Assembly (NCBI GenBank): GCA_043228905.1
Contig: JBHGNT010000018.1
Location: 16,182,001 to 16,246,000 of the forward strand
Reading direction: 5' to 3'
Length of the DNA stretch: 64,000 nucleotides
Source of the DNA: Azolla caroliniana
Lineage: Eukaryota > Plantae > Polypodiophyta
The stretch's first letter is position 1; each line of letters opens with the position of its first letter. Shown piece by piece: positions 12,963-27,895 of the stretch. Below the pieces are notes generated by a model. That model was given only the letters and a program-made list of their open reading frames with translations. It made no database searches and was not told where the DNA came from. The translations under genes were made by a program, and so were the position numbers.

Positions 12963-15900
12963 ATGGGTTGCTCTGCATCGAATCTCAATAACGAGCAATG
13001 TGTGACAAGGTGCAAAGACAGGAAACACTACATAAAACTGGCTGTCCAGCACAGGCACGCATTTGCTGCTGCTCATATGGCCTACATACAGTCGCTAAAG
13101 AACACAGGAGCAGCCCTCCGGCAATTCGCAGCTGGAGATAGCAATGCTAAAGATACCCATTCTGACATTACTGGTAATACTAACACTCACATCCACCTTC
13201 ATTCCAACTTTGATGACAATAATCATAATTCCTCTTATCTACCCCCTCCACTCCCACATTTCTTTAATGAATCCCTGCAAAAGACCCACCGGCCCGGCTT
13301 CTCCAAGACAGTCGGCATGCCACCTCTCCGGAACCATAACCCGAACTTAGACCATAGCTCTAATCATAACCTTAACACTAGCACTAGCACTAGCCCTAAC
13401 CCTAACCCTAACCCTAGCTTAAGTCCTCCTGGAAGTGTTCAAGAAGAGGAAGAAGAAGAAGAAGAGGGCCATGGTGATGATGCTAAACCCCCTCCTCCAC
13501 TTCCTCCTTCAGATATGCAAACCCCTCCTCCTCCTCCTGCTCCTAGCAAGTCCCCCACATGGGAATATCTTGAAGGCGTCTTCCCAAATGACTTGGAATC
13601 GGTTAAAGATCTGTCTAGCGAGAGACGGCCTGAAAAGCATGGTTCCAATGCGAACTCGGCTACCTTGAAAATGGATCAAAATGAAGAGAAGAAGAGTGAA
13701 GAGGATGGCAATGGTTCTTCTCCGGCTCCACTTCACTTTAGTGAGGTTTTGCGGCTCCTCGATGACGAGTTCTTAGCTGCGTGTGATGGAGGTAAAGGAG
13801 TTGCAAGATTGCTCGAGGCTCGGAAAATGCATTATCATTCGAATATTGCCAATTATAGTGGTATTTGTTCTCTCTCCCTCTCTCTCCCTCTCTCTATCTT
13901 TGCTGTTATGCTTGATGCCTCATTGTTTCATTGCCTTAGTCATCCTTTTCATGCACTGTGAATTATGAGATAAGAAGGATTCAATGTTTCCCTAAACATG
14001 AAAGGGCGTAATTAATCAGCGAGCCCTATTTATACAACTAATATCCAACTCCAGAGTCCAGGAAAATTGGTTGGGAAACATGAGGCAAATTGGGTTGTTT
14101 GCCATGTTGGAAAATATCTGTAAAACGTCTTATGAATATAGTTCTTAGGTCCAGTTTAGAATACCAGCCATCCAATGAGAAATAATGATATGTTCACACT
14201 CTAGGGAAGGGTCAAGTTGTTACAGTTGAGTATTGAAGAGATAAGGAACATGCCATTCCGTTTTCTAAGTTAATTAGCTTGATGTAATGCATAACGATTG
14301 ATAAGTCTAATGGTTGTTACCAGCTTACAGCTTAGATAACATTCAGAGTTATCTCTTTCCATCAAAAGATCCAAAACATTCGTTCAAATAATTCAAAGCA
14401 GTTTCTCAAAAGCTCTTCTTCCATCATTCATGTACAATAAAACCCCGGTTGATTGACAATCTAGCATTTCTAAGGACTTGGCTTGTTCATTGATTTTTAT
14501 GTTTACACATTTATGGAGCTTTTCACTATTAATTCAGTGAGCTCCGGCTAGCATGATCATCTAGAGGAGAATAGGAGTGTAGCTTCTTTACCGAACCAGT
14601 ACTTTACTTTCATTTTTTTAGGGCATCATCAGAGGGGTGGGGATGTAATGTTACAGCATGATATTTACAAAGGAGAGGACAGTTATTGGCTTAGGCTTCG
14701 AGGATCAGGGACCTTTGCATTGTGAGCAATGAAGCAAATATGGGAAATATCCAAATAAAGCAAAGAGTCTATCACAAAGGTCAAGGTTGGGTGGTGAATC
14801 TTGTCCATTGTTTTTGTAATCCTACACTAAGGGCATAACCTAATTGGTTTTCGTACAATGCCTAAGAACCCAAGGTATAGGGTTAAATCCTAAAATGGCC
14901 ACAGTGGGGGATTAATTCCTACCAAGAGTTAAAAAGCATATATATCAATGTGCTGGTGGTAGTATGCAAATTAAAATGCATGGACACATTCTTGCAATAT
15001 CAACATAGATGGTAGCACTGAATGCTTAGTTACCATGTCAACATCAATCACATCCTGATTCTCAATGGCATGACCAAATTGTTTCAAAAAGGTAGCTCAC
15101 ATTCACAATCAAGATTGTAAACTTGAGAATAGGGTGATAATATGGACCATCAAAACCTTATGGGTTCAGTACTGGGGCATATGATTCTGACATGACTTAT
15201 GCAAGGTATACAAACCTAACATATATCTCAGATTCTATTAACATTTGGGTTGTTTCTATCCCAAGGTGTAGGCCTACCTGAGAAGTGAATTTTTGGTAAA
15301 GGGTTCCTTCCCCTTATTGAGGAAGGTTGCTGGTTGTGTACCCTTCGATAAAAAGTTGTAGTTTCTGCACCACAATAGTCAACAATTCCTTGTGCTTTAA
15401 TGATGACCGTTGCTTCTGGTGGTTATTATCAGTCCCAAGGAGTTGTCATGGCAAAGATAGTAAAAGGAAAAAAACAAAACTTATCGAAAACAATGTTTAG
15501 GGGGAATGATCCCTAATACTGTGATAAATGCATTTACAGCCTTAGTTTTGTCAAATTCTAGGTTTGATATAAGAATTCCAGTGCAAGTCACGTAGAAGAT
15601 CTATTTTTGGGTCTGTTTTGAGTGTCTTTTGGCCATCTTTGTTCTTAATAATAACTTTTGGCAGTGGCTTTTTTATATTCATTATCAGATAGAGAACTAA
15701 AGAGTAAAAATTGATTATTGTATGCAATTCAAAGGACTGTTTTGGGCTTCTATGTAGTTCATAGTTGACAGCATAGCTATTCTTGTTACAGGTCTTCGTT
15801 GTTTTCTTTTTCTGCTGTAATGGTCATATGATCTGGTGCTTTTGTTTATCATGGCATGAAATGTATAAATAAAATAAAAGAGACCAAGCTCAGGCAGTTG

Positions 15901-18294
15901 GTAATGTTGTAAGAAGGTCCTGTGTTTGTTCAGCTCCTTCACTCCACAGTGGCTCTAGTAAAGTAGTATATTTAGTGAGATTTGAACCCAGGTGCTTTGG
16001 TTAGTAAAGAGTTGGCTTACCGCTAGAGCAAAAACACAGATAGAGATGAGTTTGAAACTAGCAAAGTAGTGCACATTGTCAGCTGTTAACCAGGTGTATG
16101 GGTTCATAAAAACTTGGCTTGCCACTAGAGTACAGTTCAAACATGGAAAAAGTAAATAAAAAGAGGAGTGTAAAACTATGGTTGCAGAATCACTTGAGCA
16201 TTCTTCGAGAGTATTGCGGGTGATGAGCTGGGGCAGGAATCCTCAGGTGCCACTTCCAGGTAGGGAGAGGACTGTTACAGAAAAAGATACACATGCATCC
16301 ACTCTAGACAAACTGTTGGCTTGGGAGAAAAAGCTGCATGATGAAGTGAAGGTAATTGCTATGTCTTTTTGCTAGTATATGCTTTGTTATATACCAAAAA
16401 GTTTTAGCTATGTTTTAGAGTATGTAACACTAAATGTCATAACTACTTCAGGCTGGAGAATTGATTCGAATCGAGTTGGAAAGAAAGGCTGAGCAGTTGA
16501 AGAGCCAAAAGAAGCGTTCGGAGAATCCGGTAATTATCAACAAAACAAAAGCTTCAGTCAAAACCTTAAGAACAAGATACTTGGTTGAAATCCAAGCAGT
16601 GGATGCTGCCTCTGTTGAAGTTGACAACCTAAGGGATCAGCAACTGTATTCACAACTCAAGGATCTCGTGACGAAGTAAGTGGATTGGGTACTCTTGTGT
16701 GTTTTTGAATAATGTATGAAAAACAATTGTTGGCAAATACTGAAGAAAACTATCCTCCGCACATCGCAGAGGGAAATAAACATCCTCTAACATGAATCCT
16801 TTGATATTTTAAGTTGCTGGTTTGATAATATAATTATGGGATATTGATGGCTTATCAAAGTTATGATGTAATTTATGTCCCTACTCTTCAGATTGTTCTC
16901 TTGCATAATAGACCAGTAACATTTAGATGGGCATGGCTTTAGCTGGCAGGTCCTATGAATAGGACCACTTTCCAACTAAGGATGTGTTTGTGTGGTGGAA
17001 GTCTGGTATCTTCTTATAAGCATTTCACATCAAAACAGATATTGAGATGTCCTGAGACATAACAAAATCCATGAACACAACCAGCTTGATGTCATTTTGA
17101 CTGTTGAGTTTATATGAGGATATGAACTCATGACAAGGACCTTATTCTATCTCGTAGGAGAAGTATAGTTGTGTAATGTGTCTATTCCTAGGGACAGGCC
17201 TTTGAATGCAGGTTTAAATCAGGTTTTATTATGAGATTAAAGTAATTTCTTAGCAAGTTTAGGATTACCTGACCATTCTTCGGAGTTTTTGTACAAATTT
17301 ATCGGCTAGCCTATAAAAGTTAATGTTGTTTTGACAATTGTATCTTGCGTTGCTAGGCTGGTTTTCATGATATTAAGTATGAGTCATGAAAGTATGATAA
17401 TTGTTAGGGGTACTAAAGAAGGCCGAGTAATCATCTTAATGGTATCTTAATCTTATTCATGTTCTTTTTAATAGGTTAATTGTCATGTGGAAATGCATGC
17501 TGGAATGCCATCAAAGGCAATATGATATTATTGAGAATATAGCGCCCCCCGACATATCACTCATGCCAAGGTCAACAAACAAACACCACTTGGAGAACAC
17601 ATTGCAACTTGAAAGCGAGATCAAGCTATGGCAAGAAAACTTGGAGAAGCTTCTTAACTCCCAGAAAGATTACATGCATGCGGTGTATCATTGGCTAAAG
17701 CTCCACATTATCCAGATAGAGATTGATGAGAAAGACACACCAAGCTCGCCTCAAAAGATGACTACCCCACCCGTATACATTCTTTGCCGAGCATGGCGTA
17801 GCAGTTTGGATCGGATTCCCGGAACCCTAGCAATACATGCCCTAAAAGCTTTCTCATCTCTTATACATGATTTGAGTAATCACCAGAGTGAGGAGTTGAG
17901 GCAAAAGAAGAGGCTTGAGAGTTTGAAGAAGGACCTAGAGAAGAAGGAACAGCTTTTAAATGCTCATGAGACAAAGTACAAGGAAAAATGGGCGGCCGAG
18001 GGTATCGGTGGTTCGGATGAAGTCGGACAAGAGGGCGGCGGCCCGCATTCTTCGAGTCTCAAGGAGAAGGAGAGAATGGTGAAGCTCCTGAAAGATGCAG
18101 TTGAATCCGAGAATGTGAAGTACGAACAGATGTGCTCGAAGAGTGGCATTATGGCTCTAAACAGCCTCGAGAAAGGGCTCCCTCCCGTGCTGAAGGCGAT
18201 GCGAGATTTCGCTGATTCCGTGTTGCAATGCTATACAGAATTGGAGTCTATCGCTTCGATGAATGGTGCCTCTGTTCCTCGAATCGCGTACTAG
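12963..18294 (+). CDS. DUF630/DUF632 protein (NRG2/APSR1/REL2 family), ~701 aa
   Basis: Exons 12963-13860, 16188-16351, 16452-16675, 17475-18294; all GT-AG and phases join (2106 nt). N-terminal MGCSAS..CKDRKHYIK..RHAFAAAHMAYIQSLKNTGAALRQF (DUF630), Pro-rich linker, HASTLDKLLAWEKKLHDEVK and MWKCMLECHQRQ (DUF632). Confidence 0.93.
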
Positions 18295-19624
18295 CCTCTT
18301 AGTACAATTATGTTCTTCGATCTTCCTCGTCCCATACATACATTACAATTCCGGAAAGATCTATAGCTAGCCTGTGATATCGATCGATATGACTAGACAA
18401 GTTGAGTTGATCGACATTGTGAGTTTCAATGTACAAAAAGTGTTTCGACACCACAGTAGTATATGCCGCGACTTTTACATCATCAATGCCCCCCCCTTTG
18501 TGTTTCAAAATTAAGCAATGCTTGGTTCCGGTCTAACCCCTAGTTCGAAGGAAGTGATCAACATGAGGTGGCCTGAGATAGACTCTCCACCCGATCTATA
18601 CTATACACCCTAGCCAGACCCTCCTACTTCACACAAGACAAGAGAGAAGGTTAGTAGAGCCATACCAGCTGTATTGGGTTGGGTGAAAACTTGTATGTGA
18701 TATAATGAAGAAGATGCATGTACCTTAGACTAAACATAATGTTGGTTATACCCAACTTTGTATCCAAACCATAGCTATCTAGACTTCGATTTGGAGGGTC
18801 ATCGAGGTGTTTGTGTGCCCTTATCTTATGTATGCTTAGACCATATTCTCCCCCACTTTCACAATTGGGCGCTTGCAAAATAAAATAAGTAAATTTAAAT
18901 TGGCTTCCCACACAACACAAGCTTTTTTGCTTAATTTTCAATTTCATTATTGTATCCAACCATACTATTCACAGATTCTTTAAGTTGACCATTGAGCTTA
19001 ATGTGTTGGATAGTTATGTCCATTTACACATGGAGTGTGCTTTAACTTGGCAAGCCATAAAAACGGAAAAGTGAAAACCACTACCCCAACAAAGAAGTTC
19101 ACCATAACATATAGTTGCACATGCATGAACGCATACAACTTAGACTCCAAATACTTTGTTGAAACCTATGGCCAAACAACCAAATAAACACATCAGCAAC
19201 GACACATACAACTTAGACTCTAAAAAACTTTATTAAACCGTGTCACATCAAAGAACTATGGTAATGAAAGATGTTTGCCCCATATTGTATGTGAGAATGT
19301 GATGCTTGTGCTTGAGTTGGAAGTGCACTTGATAGTAGATAGTAGAGTAGTAAGACAACCACAAACTTTATGAAGATTAATACCTCTATATATACCACCC
19401 TTAGTCCTATTTATGAAAGTTTTTTGTGTAGATTGTGGTTGGCCAAATGGTTGTCCATGAAATGTTGAACCTAAATTATTTGGACTCATTGATTCTTCTA
19501 ATAATACTTCTAATAATCCTTCTAATTGTTGAGCAATATATTTTCATGCATGCATGTGTATTTGAATGTATATGTGTAAATAATATGTATGTATATTATA
19601 TTTGTGTAAGTGCTTACATATATG

Positions 19625-22600
19625 TGCTTGAGAATCGAACTCAACTTCCCATAGGAATAGTGTTCACACTAGTCGGTGGAAAACTTACTAGGACATTTTT
19701 GTAATTAGTAGAAAGGGCATTTGCCCTAGACTAGTTGGTATTTAAACCAACCTTTTGTAACTTAGTTACTATTGGATGTAATATATGGTTTCTTGTTTAG
19801 AGCTCTCACACACACACACACTCTCTCTCATTCTCATTCTCTCTTGTGCGCACACACACACACACAAACACAGTCCTTCCGCTACATAGAATCACTCTCG
19901 ATTCTTTACATGGTATCAGAGCGCGTGGTAGCTTGATCCAAGCCCATCGCCTTTACGTGTGTTGTGCTCAAACTTGTAGAGAACCAGTTGATCGTTGTAG
20001 TAACGATTTCTGCATAGCTCGCATCAAGAGTAGAAGAAGTTCGACAATGAACACCCAAATGGGAAGCACTCTTCCCACCGAGAAGCTCGATAGAACAAAC
20101 TTCGCATCTTGGCAGTACAAGGTTACTGGAGCTACATCGAGGGAGCTCACAAAACGCAACCCAACCCAACACACATTGACTACCTAGCGTGGGAGTAGGC
20201 CGCGAGCCATGTGTTGTATTGCCTTGCGTCATGCGTCCATGACCAAATGCTCGGCTATATTCGAGATTCGAAAATGCTGAAAGAAACTTGGGGAAATCTC
20301 AAGAAGATCTTTGTGGCCAATACAGTTGCACGAAAGTCCAACTTCGACAGGAGCTAAACAACATGCAAAAGACGGATATGTTGATCACTGCCTATACCTT
20401 GAAGATCGAGGAGTTGTGTGATGCCCTCGGATCGATCAAGGTCATCATCGACGATGATGAAATGGTGCAAATATGCCTTGACGGCTTAGCACCACGATTC
20501 GACACGATCAGATCGGCCATTTTCGCAAGGGAGAACCCACCTTCCTTTTTTTACCTTCACTCGATATTATTGGTGGAAGAAAATCATGCTTGACAAAAGA
20601 GCAATGCATCGGATGGTCAGATGCTCTACTCACAATCAACCGATAGAAGAGGATTTGGCTGAGGAAATAGAGGTCGATTCGGCCGAGGGTGATAGGGTCA
20701 GTCAACCCGAGAACGCAAATCTCACCAAATTTGGCAAGCAGACATGAACAATGCCAGAGAGTTCGGTAGAAGGGGGAGCTATCTTGCCGGACTAAGCAAT
20801 CGTAACAACCCGATCGAAGGCGGGTATTGTGGAAAACACGATCACTATGAAGAGGAGTGCCGAAAAAAGATACGAGACTCGGTGTCAATCAACCGACAAT
20901 TTATGAATTATGCTTCGAATTCTGACTACGATGATCGTGGCGGAATGTATATGATGAGGCACAAGGCACATTCAATGTCGACAAAAGGTGAGAAAAACAC
21001 CTCAACCTCGGATAATGTATGGTTTGTTGACTCAGGAGCATCCAATCATAGGACATCCCATGAAGATTGGTTTCGAGAATTACGAAAGCCCGATCGGCCC
21101 GATTATGTCGAAACATGCGATGACACGACACATTCAATACGGCACATCAAGAATGGCCCATTCGGGAACAACAACAAACAAAGCTACCTACCTAAAAAAT
21201 TTCTTGCATGTCCCAACCATCACTAAAAACCTGGTCTCGATAGGCCAGATTGTCGAACAAGGGATGCAAGTGCAGTTCAATTTCAATGATGAAGGGTGCT
21301 TCATCCAAAAAGAAGGTCGCCTCATTGCTCACGATCGCCGAGAAAGCATGATGTTTATCCTTGAATCGAAAGAGGTGAAATCAATTATGTTCGCGAAAGG
21401 CCTTAAAGTTGAAACCGACTTGAAACTGTGGCACAAGCGAATTGGCCACATTAATCTCCAAAAGCTCCAGAACATGCAATCAAAAGGAGTCATAATCGGA
21501 CTCCCGAACTTTACCGTGAAGGAGATTACGAGCGTATGTGAGGCGTGCCAGTTCGGAAAACAACGCCGACAACCATTCCCAGAAGAGAGGAATGTGAGTA
21601 AAGGGATCTTGGATGTAGTACATTTAGATGTGTGGGGACCAGCCTAGACTGCAACATTCAGAGCTTGTCGCTACTATGTCACATTCATCGATGACTTCTC
21701 TAGGTACACTTGGATCTACCTGATGAGACAGAAGAGCAAAGTGTTCGCACACTTCCAAAGGTTTAAGAATGAAGTCGAGAAAGCCATGGGCCGACATGTA
21801 CGTTGCCTTCGATTAGATGGAAGCAAAGAATATTTCTTGGACAAGTTTTTGGCATATCTCCGAAAGGAAGGAATACGATGAGAATTCTCATGTTGACATA
21901 CACCTCAGCAAAATGGTGTAGCCGAACGGAAGAATCGGCACATAGTAGAGGTTGCATGGTCAATGATGAATGAGAAGAACCTGCCGAAATCGTACTGGGC
22001 AAAAGCGGCGAACACAGCCGTATATCTCATGAACAGGTGTACAACCTCTGCGGTACATGACGTAACCCCTCATGAGAGGTTTTTTGGAAAGAAGCTGAAT
22101 TTATCACATGTTCGTATTTTCGGCTCAATCGCATATGTGCATATTCCCAACAAGATGCGACGAAAGCTCGACCCGAAGTTGGAGAAATGTATCCTCATAG
22201 GGTACTCGCTCGAACAGAAGGGGTACAAATGCTACAACCCATCTACCTGAAAAGCTCAAATGAGTTGAGACGTCATTTTCGACGAATCGGCATCTTGGTA
22301 TGGTCCAGAGACGACTCCGATTTCTACTCCAATCGACTCAGAATTTGCCAAACAAGAGATACAAGAAGAAGATAAACTTGGACACACATACGAAGATAGC
22401 CCGCATACGACAAGGCTGAGTGGACCACAAGAGCTGCCGAGCGATCGAAGCACATCTCAGCCGAGTCCAAAACTGGACAAAGGCAAGGCGAAAATGCCAG
22501 AATATGAAGACCTGATGGACAATGAGTCAACTCACTCCCTTGACAGTGAGTTTGAAGGCCTCGAAATCCGGACAAATGGAGCGAAGAAAGCATTAGTCTC

Positions 22601-24662
22601 TGTGAACGAGAAGTTACACCGATCTACCCGTGAAAAGAACCTCATAAGACGCTTCGGCTACGATGAGTATATGGCGTATCATTACGCCTTTATGATGAAG
22701 GTAGCAACTGTTCGAGAGCCTGAAACATTTTTCGAAGCCGTGAAGGACCCCCGATGGGTCGACGCGATGAATGAAGAAATGCGGGCCTTGCACAAAAATG
22801 AGACATGGGACCTTGTTCCCCATTCACCACACAGGAAAGCGATAGGTTGCACATGGATTTATAAGGTCAAATACAACGCCGATGGCTCAGAAAATTGCTT
22901 CAAAGAACGACTCGCCGCAAAAGGATATGCCCAAACACACGGAGTCGATTACGAGGAGACCTTTGCCCCGGTGACAAAGATGACGATTATTCGGACAGTC
23001 ATAGCTCTCGCAACCGCAAAAGGGTGGCACCTCCACCAGATGGACGTAAAGAACGCCTTCATACAAGGCGAATTAGAAGAGGAGGTGTACATGATACAAC
23101 CACCTCTTCGAATCGCGTACTCACCGGAAAGTTGTGTGCCAACTCAAGAAGCCACTCTACGACCTTAAGTAAGCACCTCGTGCTTGGTATTCGAAGATAA
23201 CGCAATATTTTCATCAAATCGGTTTTCGAATGTCGAAATCCGACAACTCTCTCTACATCTGAAACGAGTCAAACAATCTGATTGTCATCATCCTGTATGT
23301 GGATGATCTGATCATCGGAGGAAAGGATATTGCCGGGATCAATAAGGTCAAATCACTCCTATCCGGCAAGTTCGAAATGAAAGACATGCACGAGCTCCAT
23401 TTCTTCCTCGGTATCAAAGTAATTCAAACACTAGTCGGGATATTGATCTCTCAATGGCACTACGTTCTCAACTGACTCTACAAGTTCGAAATGACCGAGT
23501 GCAAACCTGTGTCTACCCCTCTCAATCGAAATCTCAAGCTCGATGTTTATTCAAGAACCGAAGAGCGCGAGCTGACTCAATATCGTCAACTGATCGGTAG
23601 CCTCATCTACCTTACCATCACACGACCCGACCTCAGCTATTCGGTAGGCCTACTTAGCCAATTCATGCAAAACCCACGAAATGATCATCTCAATTGTGCT
23701 AAGAGGATACTTCGGTATGTCAATATGACAATGGACTATGGCATCATGTATAAGTCGAATACGCCAATTCGACTCGAAGGGTACATGAACGTTGATTGGG
23801 TTGGCTATAAGGCCAATAGACGATCCACTTCTGGATTCGTCTTCTCCCTCGGCAGCGGAGCGATATCCTGGAGCAGTAAGAAGCAGTCGATAGTCGCACT
23901 ATCGAGCACGGAAGCCGTATATAGGGGCGCAACAGTAGCCGAATGCGAAGCCGTATGGCTCAAACGCATCTTGAAGGTCTTGGGTGCACCCATCAAGGAT
24001 CCAATTCGCCTATACTGCAACAACATGAGTAGTATCTACCTGGCTCGGAACCCCGTGTTCCACACGCGGACTAAACACATCAAAGTACACTATCACTTCA
24101 TCTGCGAGCGCATACAAGACGGAGATGTTGACCTACAACACATCAACATGAATCTTCAAGTGGCCGACATCTTCATAAAAGCCCTAGGTATCGACAAGTT
24201 GTGGTAGTTCGTGACGAACCTTGGCCTCTCGATCACCGAACTGACACCGAATTGTAGTCGATCAATCGATCGAAGCTGACTAGAGGATTTGAAGTACGAA
24301 CAAACAATCAAGCAGTCGAACACGGAGAATTGAACAATCAAAATCGTAAGTCGTGTCGCCTAGCCTCTCAAAAACCGAAAGTCAATTCAGCCGAATCGAA
24401 GTTTTTGAAGATTGAACCGAAACAACTTTTCGGCATCCAGAAGTTGTGTTCGAAGGGGCGTGTTGAGAATCGAACTCAACTTCCCATAGGAATAGTGTTC
24501 ACACTAGTTGGTGGACAACTTACTAGGACATTTTTGGAATTAGTAGAAAGGGCATTTGCCCTAGACTAGTTGGTATTTAAACCAACCTTTTGTAACTTAG
24601 TTATTGTTGGATGTAATATACAATTTCTTGTTTAGAACTCTCACTCTCTCATTCTCTCTTGT

Positions 24663-24694
<32 letters not shown>

Positions 24695-24733
24695 TTTCCT
24701 TCCGCTACACAGAATCACTCACGATTCTTTACA
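19625..24733 (+). mobile_element. Near full-length, decayed Ty1/copia LTR retrotransposon
   Basis: 5' LTR ~19625-19910; PBS TGGTATCAGAGC 19911-19922; gag, protease (WFVDSGASNH), GAG-pre-integrase (LWHKRIGH), integrase, RT, RNase H with stops/frameshifts; PPT GAAGGGGCG 24452-24460; 3' LTR 24461-24733. Confidence 0.95.
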
Positions 24734-25220
24734 TGTAGTCATAACCTCAAAAAGCATTTTGGCATCGTTTACAAGCCCAAAGTGAGCACTTGCACTCATC
24801 ACACATAATAATGTTATGTTGTCAAGAGATCCGCCCTCACTTTCCATGTGTTTGAGACACTTCAAGGCTTCATGTCCTTGTCCTTTTTTAGCATAGCCAG
24901 CAATAAGGGTTGACCAAGCAATCACATCTCGAAGATGAAGCTCTTCCAGTACTTTTAGACTCGCTTTCTCAAGCATACCACATCTAGCATACATATGAAC
25001 CAGAGCAGTGCCAAGAACTATATTCTTCTCCAACAATTTCCTTTTCATAACCTCATCATGAATTTGTTTGCCCTTGTCTATAGCACCCATGCTTCTACAT
25101 GCCTTTAGAGTGCAAATAAACGTAACAACATCATGTTATAATCCCTCATTTTGCATTCTCTTGAAACTATCAGGTGCGTCATGGCTTTGTCCATGTTGAA
25201 CATACACAGAAATTATTGTA
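24734..25220 (-). pseudogene. PLS-class PPR gene fragment, truncated at the copia 3' LTR
   Basis: GAIDKGKQIHDEV..LGTALVHMYARCGMLEKA..RDVIAWSTLIAGYA..EALKC..ITLLCVMSASAHFGLV. Upstream part is frameshifted; no intact start or C-terminus. Confidence 0.85.
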
Positions 25221-26989
25221 GTGTTGTTTCTTCAAGTTTTGATGGGCAATTTTTTGTATTAACGAACTCTTAAACACTTGCCAATTGTGTTTGATTGTCT
25301 CGTGTTGTTGTATGAATCAAGTTGGTGTGACATTGTTGAACAGGGTGTGATCTTCCATTCCTTGTGTTCATTGATTCATTGATAAAAGCTTATGACATTC
25401 TAAAGTATTGAAGCCCTAAGAAGTCACCCTTTTTTATAGGCAAACCTAAAAAAACATTGGGTTGTATTTTGGGATATGTGTTATTACTTTGCCCATTGGA
25501 ATTAGTCATGAAAGTAATTTGCATCTAATTCATGTGATTGAGTTGCAACAACACATTTGACATGGTTTGAATCCTGATTGTGACCTTCTATTTGCACGAA
25601 TATCTCTTCGTTTGTTTGGTGATTGTATCTTTGCAGTAGAAAATGGGAGGCGACATGGATGGGTGTTGTGGTTGGAGTGTTGTGTGTCGTAACCACCAAT
25701 GTAAAATACACCCAAAACTAACCCCCATAGTGTTGGCCCTATGAACCCTCTTACCTAATGCAGGTTTCGGTTACAAATCATGTTGCAATTTATTGGCTCT
25801 TATACATTATCATTTCTTAGTTTAGTTGAGTTATACACATACACAAACTCACACACTTATATAGATACACATATTTAAACTACCCAACACTCACTCATAC
25901 AAATTGGCAAGTTAACAAAAACAATAAACACTTACACAATCACACAATACACTGACATGCATGAGTATTCACAAACTCTTGCAAGTTAAATACAAAAAAT
26001 GCTCACAATTTTTCTTTTACACATAAACACATGCATACATACACGTCGTACCATATTATACATCTACACATACACACACATTTATACAAAAAACACTACA
26101 CTCAAGCACAAGCACACATATGCAGAAAATACAAGAAGCAAGTGCATATTTGCACACCAATATTTAGAAAGGGCTATCATTCACATGCATATATTGGCAC
26201 ATACATTCTTGAAGGGAAAACTCCGTGTGCTCCTACACATATCAAGTGAGGCATTATTGGCGCATGCATACATGCCAACTCAAGCAAACATCACCCATCA
26301 CCCTTCATCGGGACACCATCTTCTCTAGTTCAAGTCCTTGGTGGCATCACTCAACATTCACAAGCACACACATTTTTGCAACATTCACGAGCTTTTATAA
26401 ACTATTGCGTAGACATAGGGGACAACTCTCATCATGATGAGTTGTAATGGTGAACCATCCTGTTGGCTAAAAAGCAACGAAAGCATATTCCACATAAACA
26501 TGAAATATCATCAAATACATTATGTATGTACCCACCTATCTACTATGTCTACTAATAAGTTGATGGAACCATTTGGTTTCCCATGTTCATAAGAACGTTT
26601 TAAAAGTACATTAAGTGGGCCTTCCATACTGCCCAACCACAAAAGGACTAATGATGGGCATGGAGTTTTACTTGAAAATGTAGACCTAAACAAGCATTAT
26701 AAGATATGATCATCTGGCATATTCACCTCTCCTTACATTGGGAAATATTTTCCATGGGTGACTATAAATAATTAGGTAATTAACTAAGGGTTAATTAATA
26801 TCTAATTATGTGAGGAGTTAATCACGTATGTGACTACGCAACGGAAGACTATGTGATATGTGTGTGTGTAAGGGAGAGAGAAAGAGAAAGATGAAGAGGA
26901 AGTTACACTTATGGACAAACACAATGGGGAATGATTAACACCAATCTAGCTTAAAGACCTTTCTCTATATTAATAAGCATCATCTTACA

Positions 26990-27365
26990 AAAATGGTCTA
27001 GTTTTTTAGTTCAGTTTGGTTGTCAAACTAAGGTTTAATGTTTTATTGGATTTAGTGGCTCAATTTAATGGTTTATTGGTTTTTACTTTATTTATTTATT
27101 TCCTTAATGGTTTAGTGTCTTAATTAATTTAATGGTTTTTCATGTTTAGCTGAAACATTTTTTAATTTAATGCTTTCTTTAATTTAAAGTTTTTTAATTC
27201 AATGTTTTTTTTAGATTTGTGATCAAATGGTTCTGTTTGGTTTCAACTTTTCCTTAAATGGTTCAATTTCACCTTTTTTTTTGTTTGGTTTTTGTTATGT
27301 ATAAATGGTTCGGTTTGGTTTCAATGCCAAGAAACCAAACCAAATTTGAATTAAGCCCATACCTA
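26990..27365. mobile_element. Decayed hAT-MITE-like remnant
   Basis: GGTTT/AAACC motifs and a terminal GCCCATACCTA resembling a TAGGYATGGGC-type TIR. The other end and a TSD were not found. Confidence 0.35.
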
Positions 27366-27895
27366 AGGGCGAGAGTGGCCTCTTTTGATCTCACCATAGA
27401 AGCATGAGTGAGAGTTTGGTTCCACACTTCCAAGTGAAGTCTAGAATGACTTCATCTACATGAAGGGAGAATTTTTTACCCACTTCAAGAGAAGAGGAAT
27501 AAAGTGGGTTTCCATAGAGAAACACTCCTCTCGAAAGCAAGAGGCAAAGAGATGGTCCAAGATTACATATGTAGGACCAAAACCCTACACAGTAGGTGTG
27601 ACACTAGCGATGAGATGACCGATGAGAAACTCACAAATTTATTCATCTTTAGTGCCTCCAGTAATATATCCTTTGAGACGAGGAAGTGTTTGACATTCAT
27701 TTATCCAAAACTAATCATTTAACATTTTCTTGTTTCAAGCAAGGTGATGTAGGATGTGTTTTGACTTTAAACCCAAGCAGCTTTGCTATCATCTCCCCTC
27801 CAATCCATGATAATGACACCATTTGTCCACATCAACTAATGATTTCATTTTCAATAGGGATATTCAACATTTGCCCCAAAGAGCTACAAACACAC

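Noticed and set aside
13394-13416. (CCCTAA)n telomere-like tract
   Set aside because: Under 4 units, inside a coding exon, encoding PNPNPNP in a low-complexity linker.
27450-27720. Gag-like remnant (EMVQDYICRTKTLHSRC)
   Set aside because: Too short and degenerate to call without a database search.
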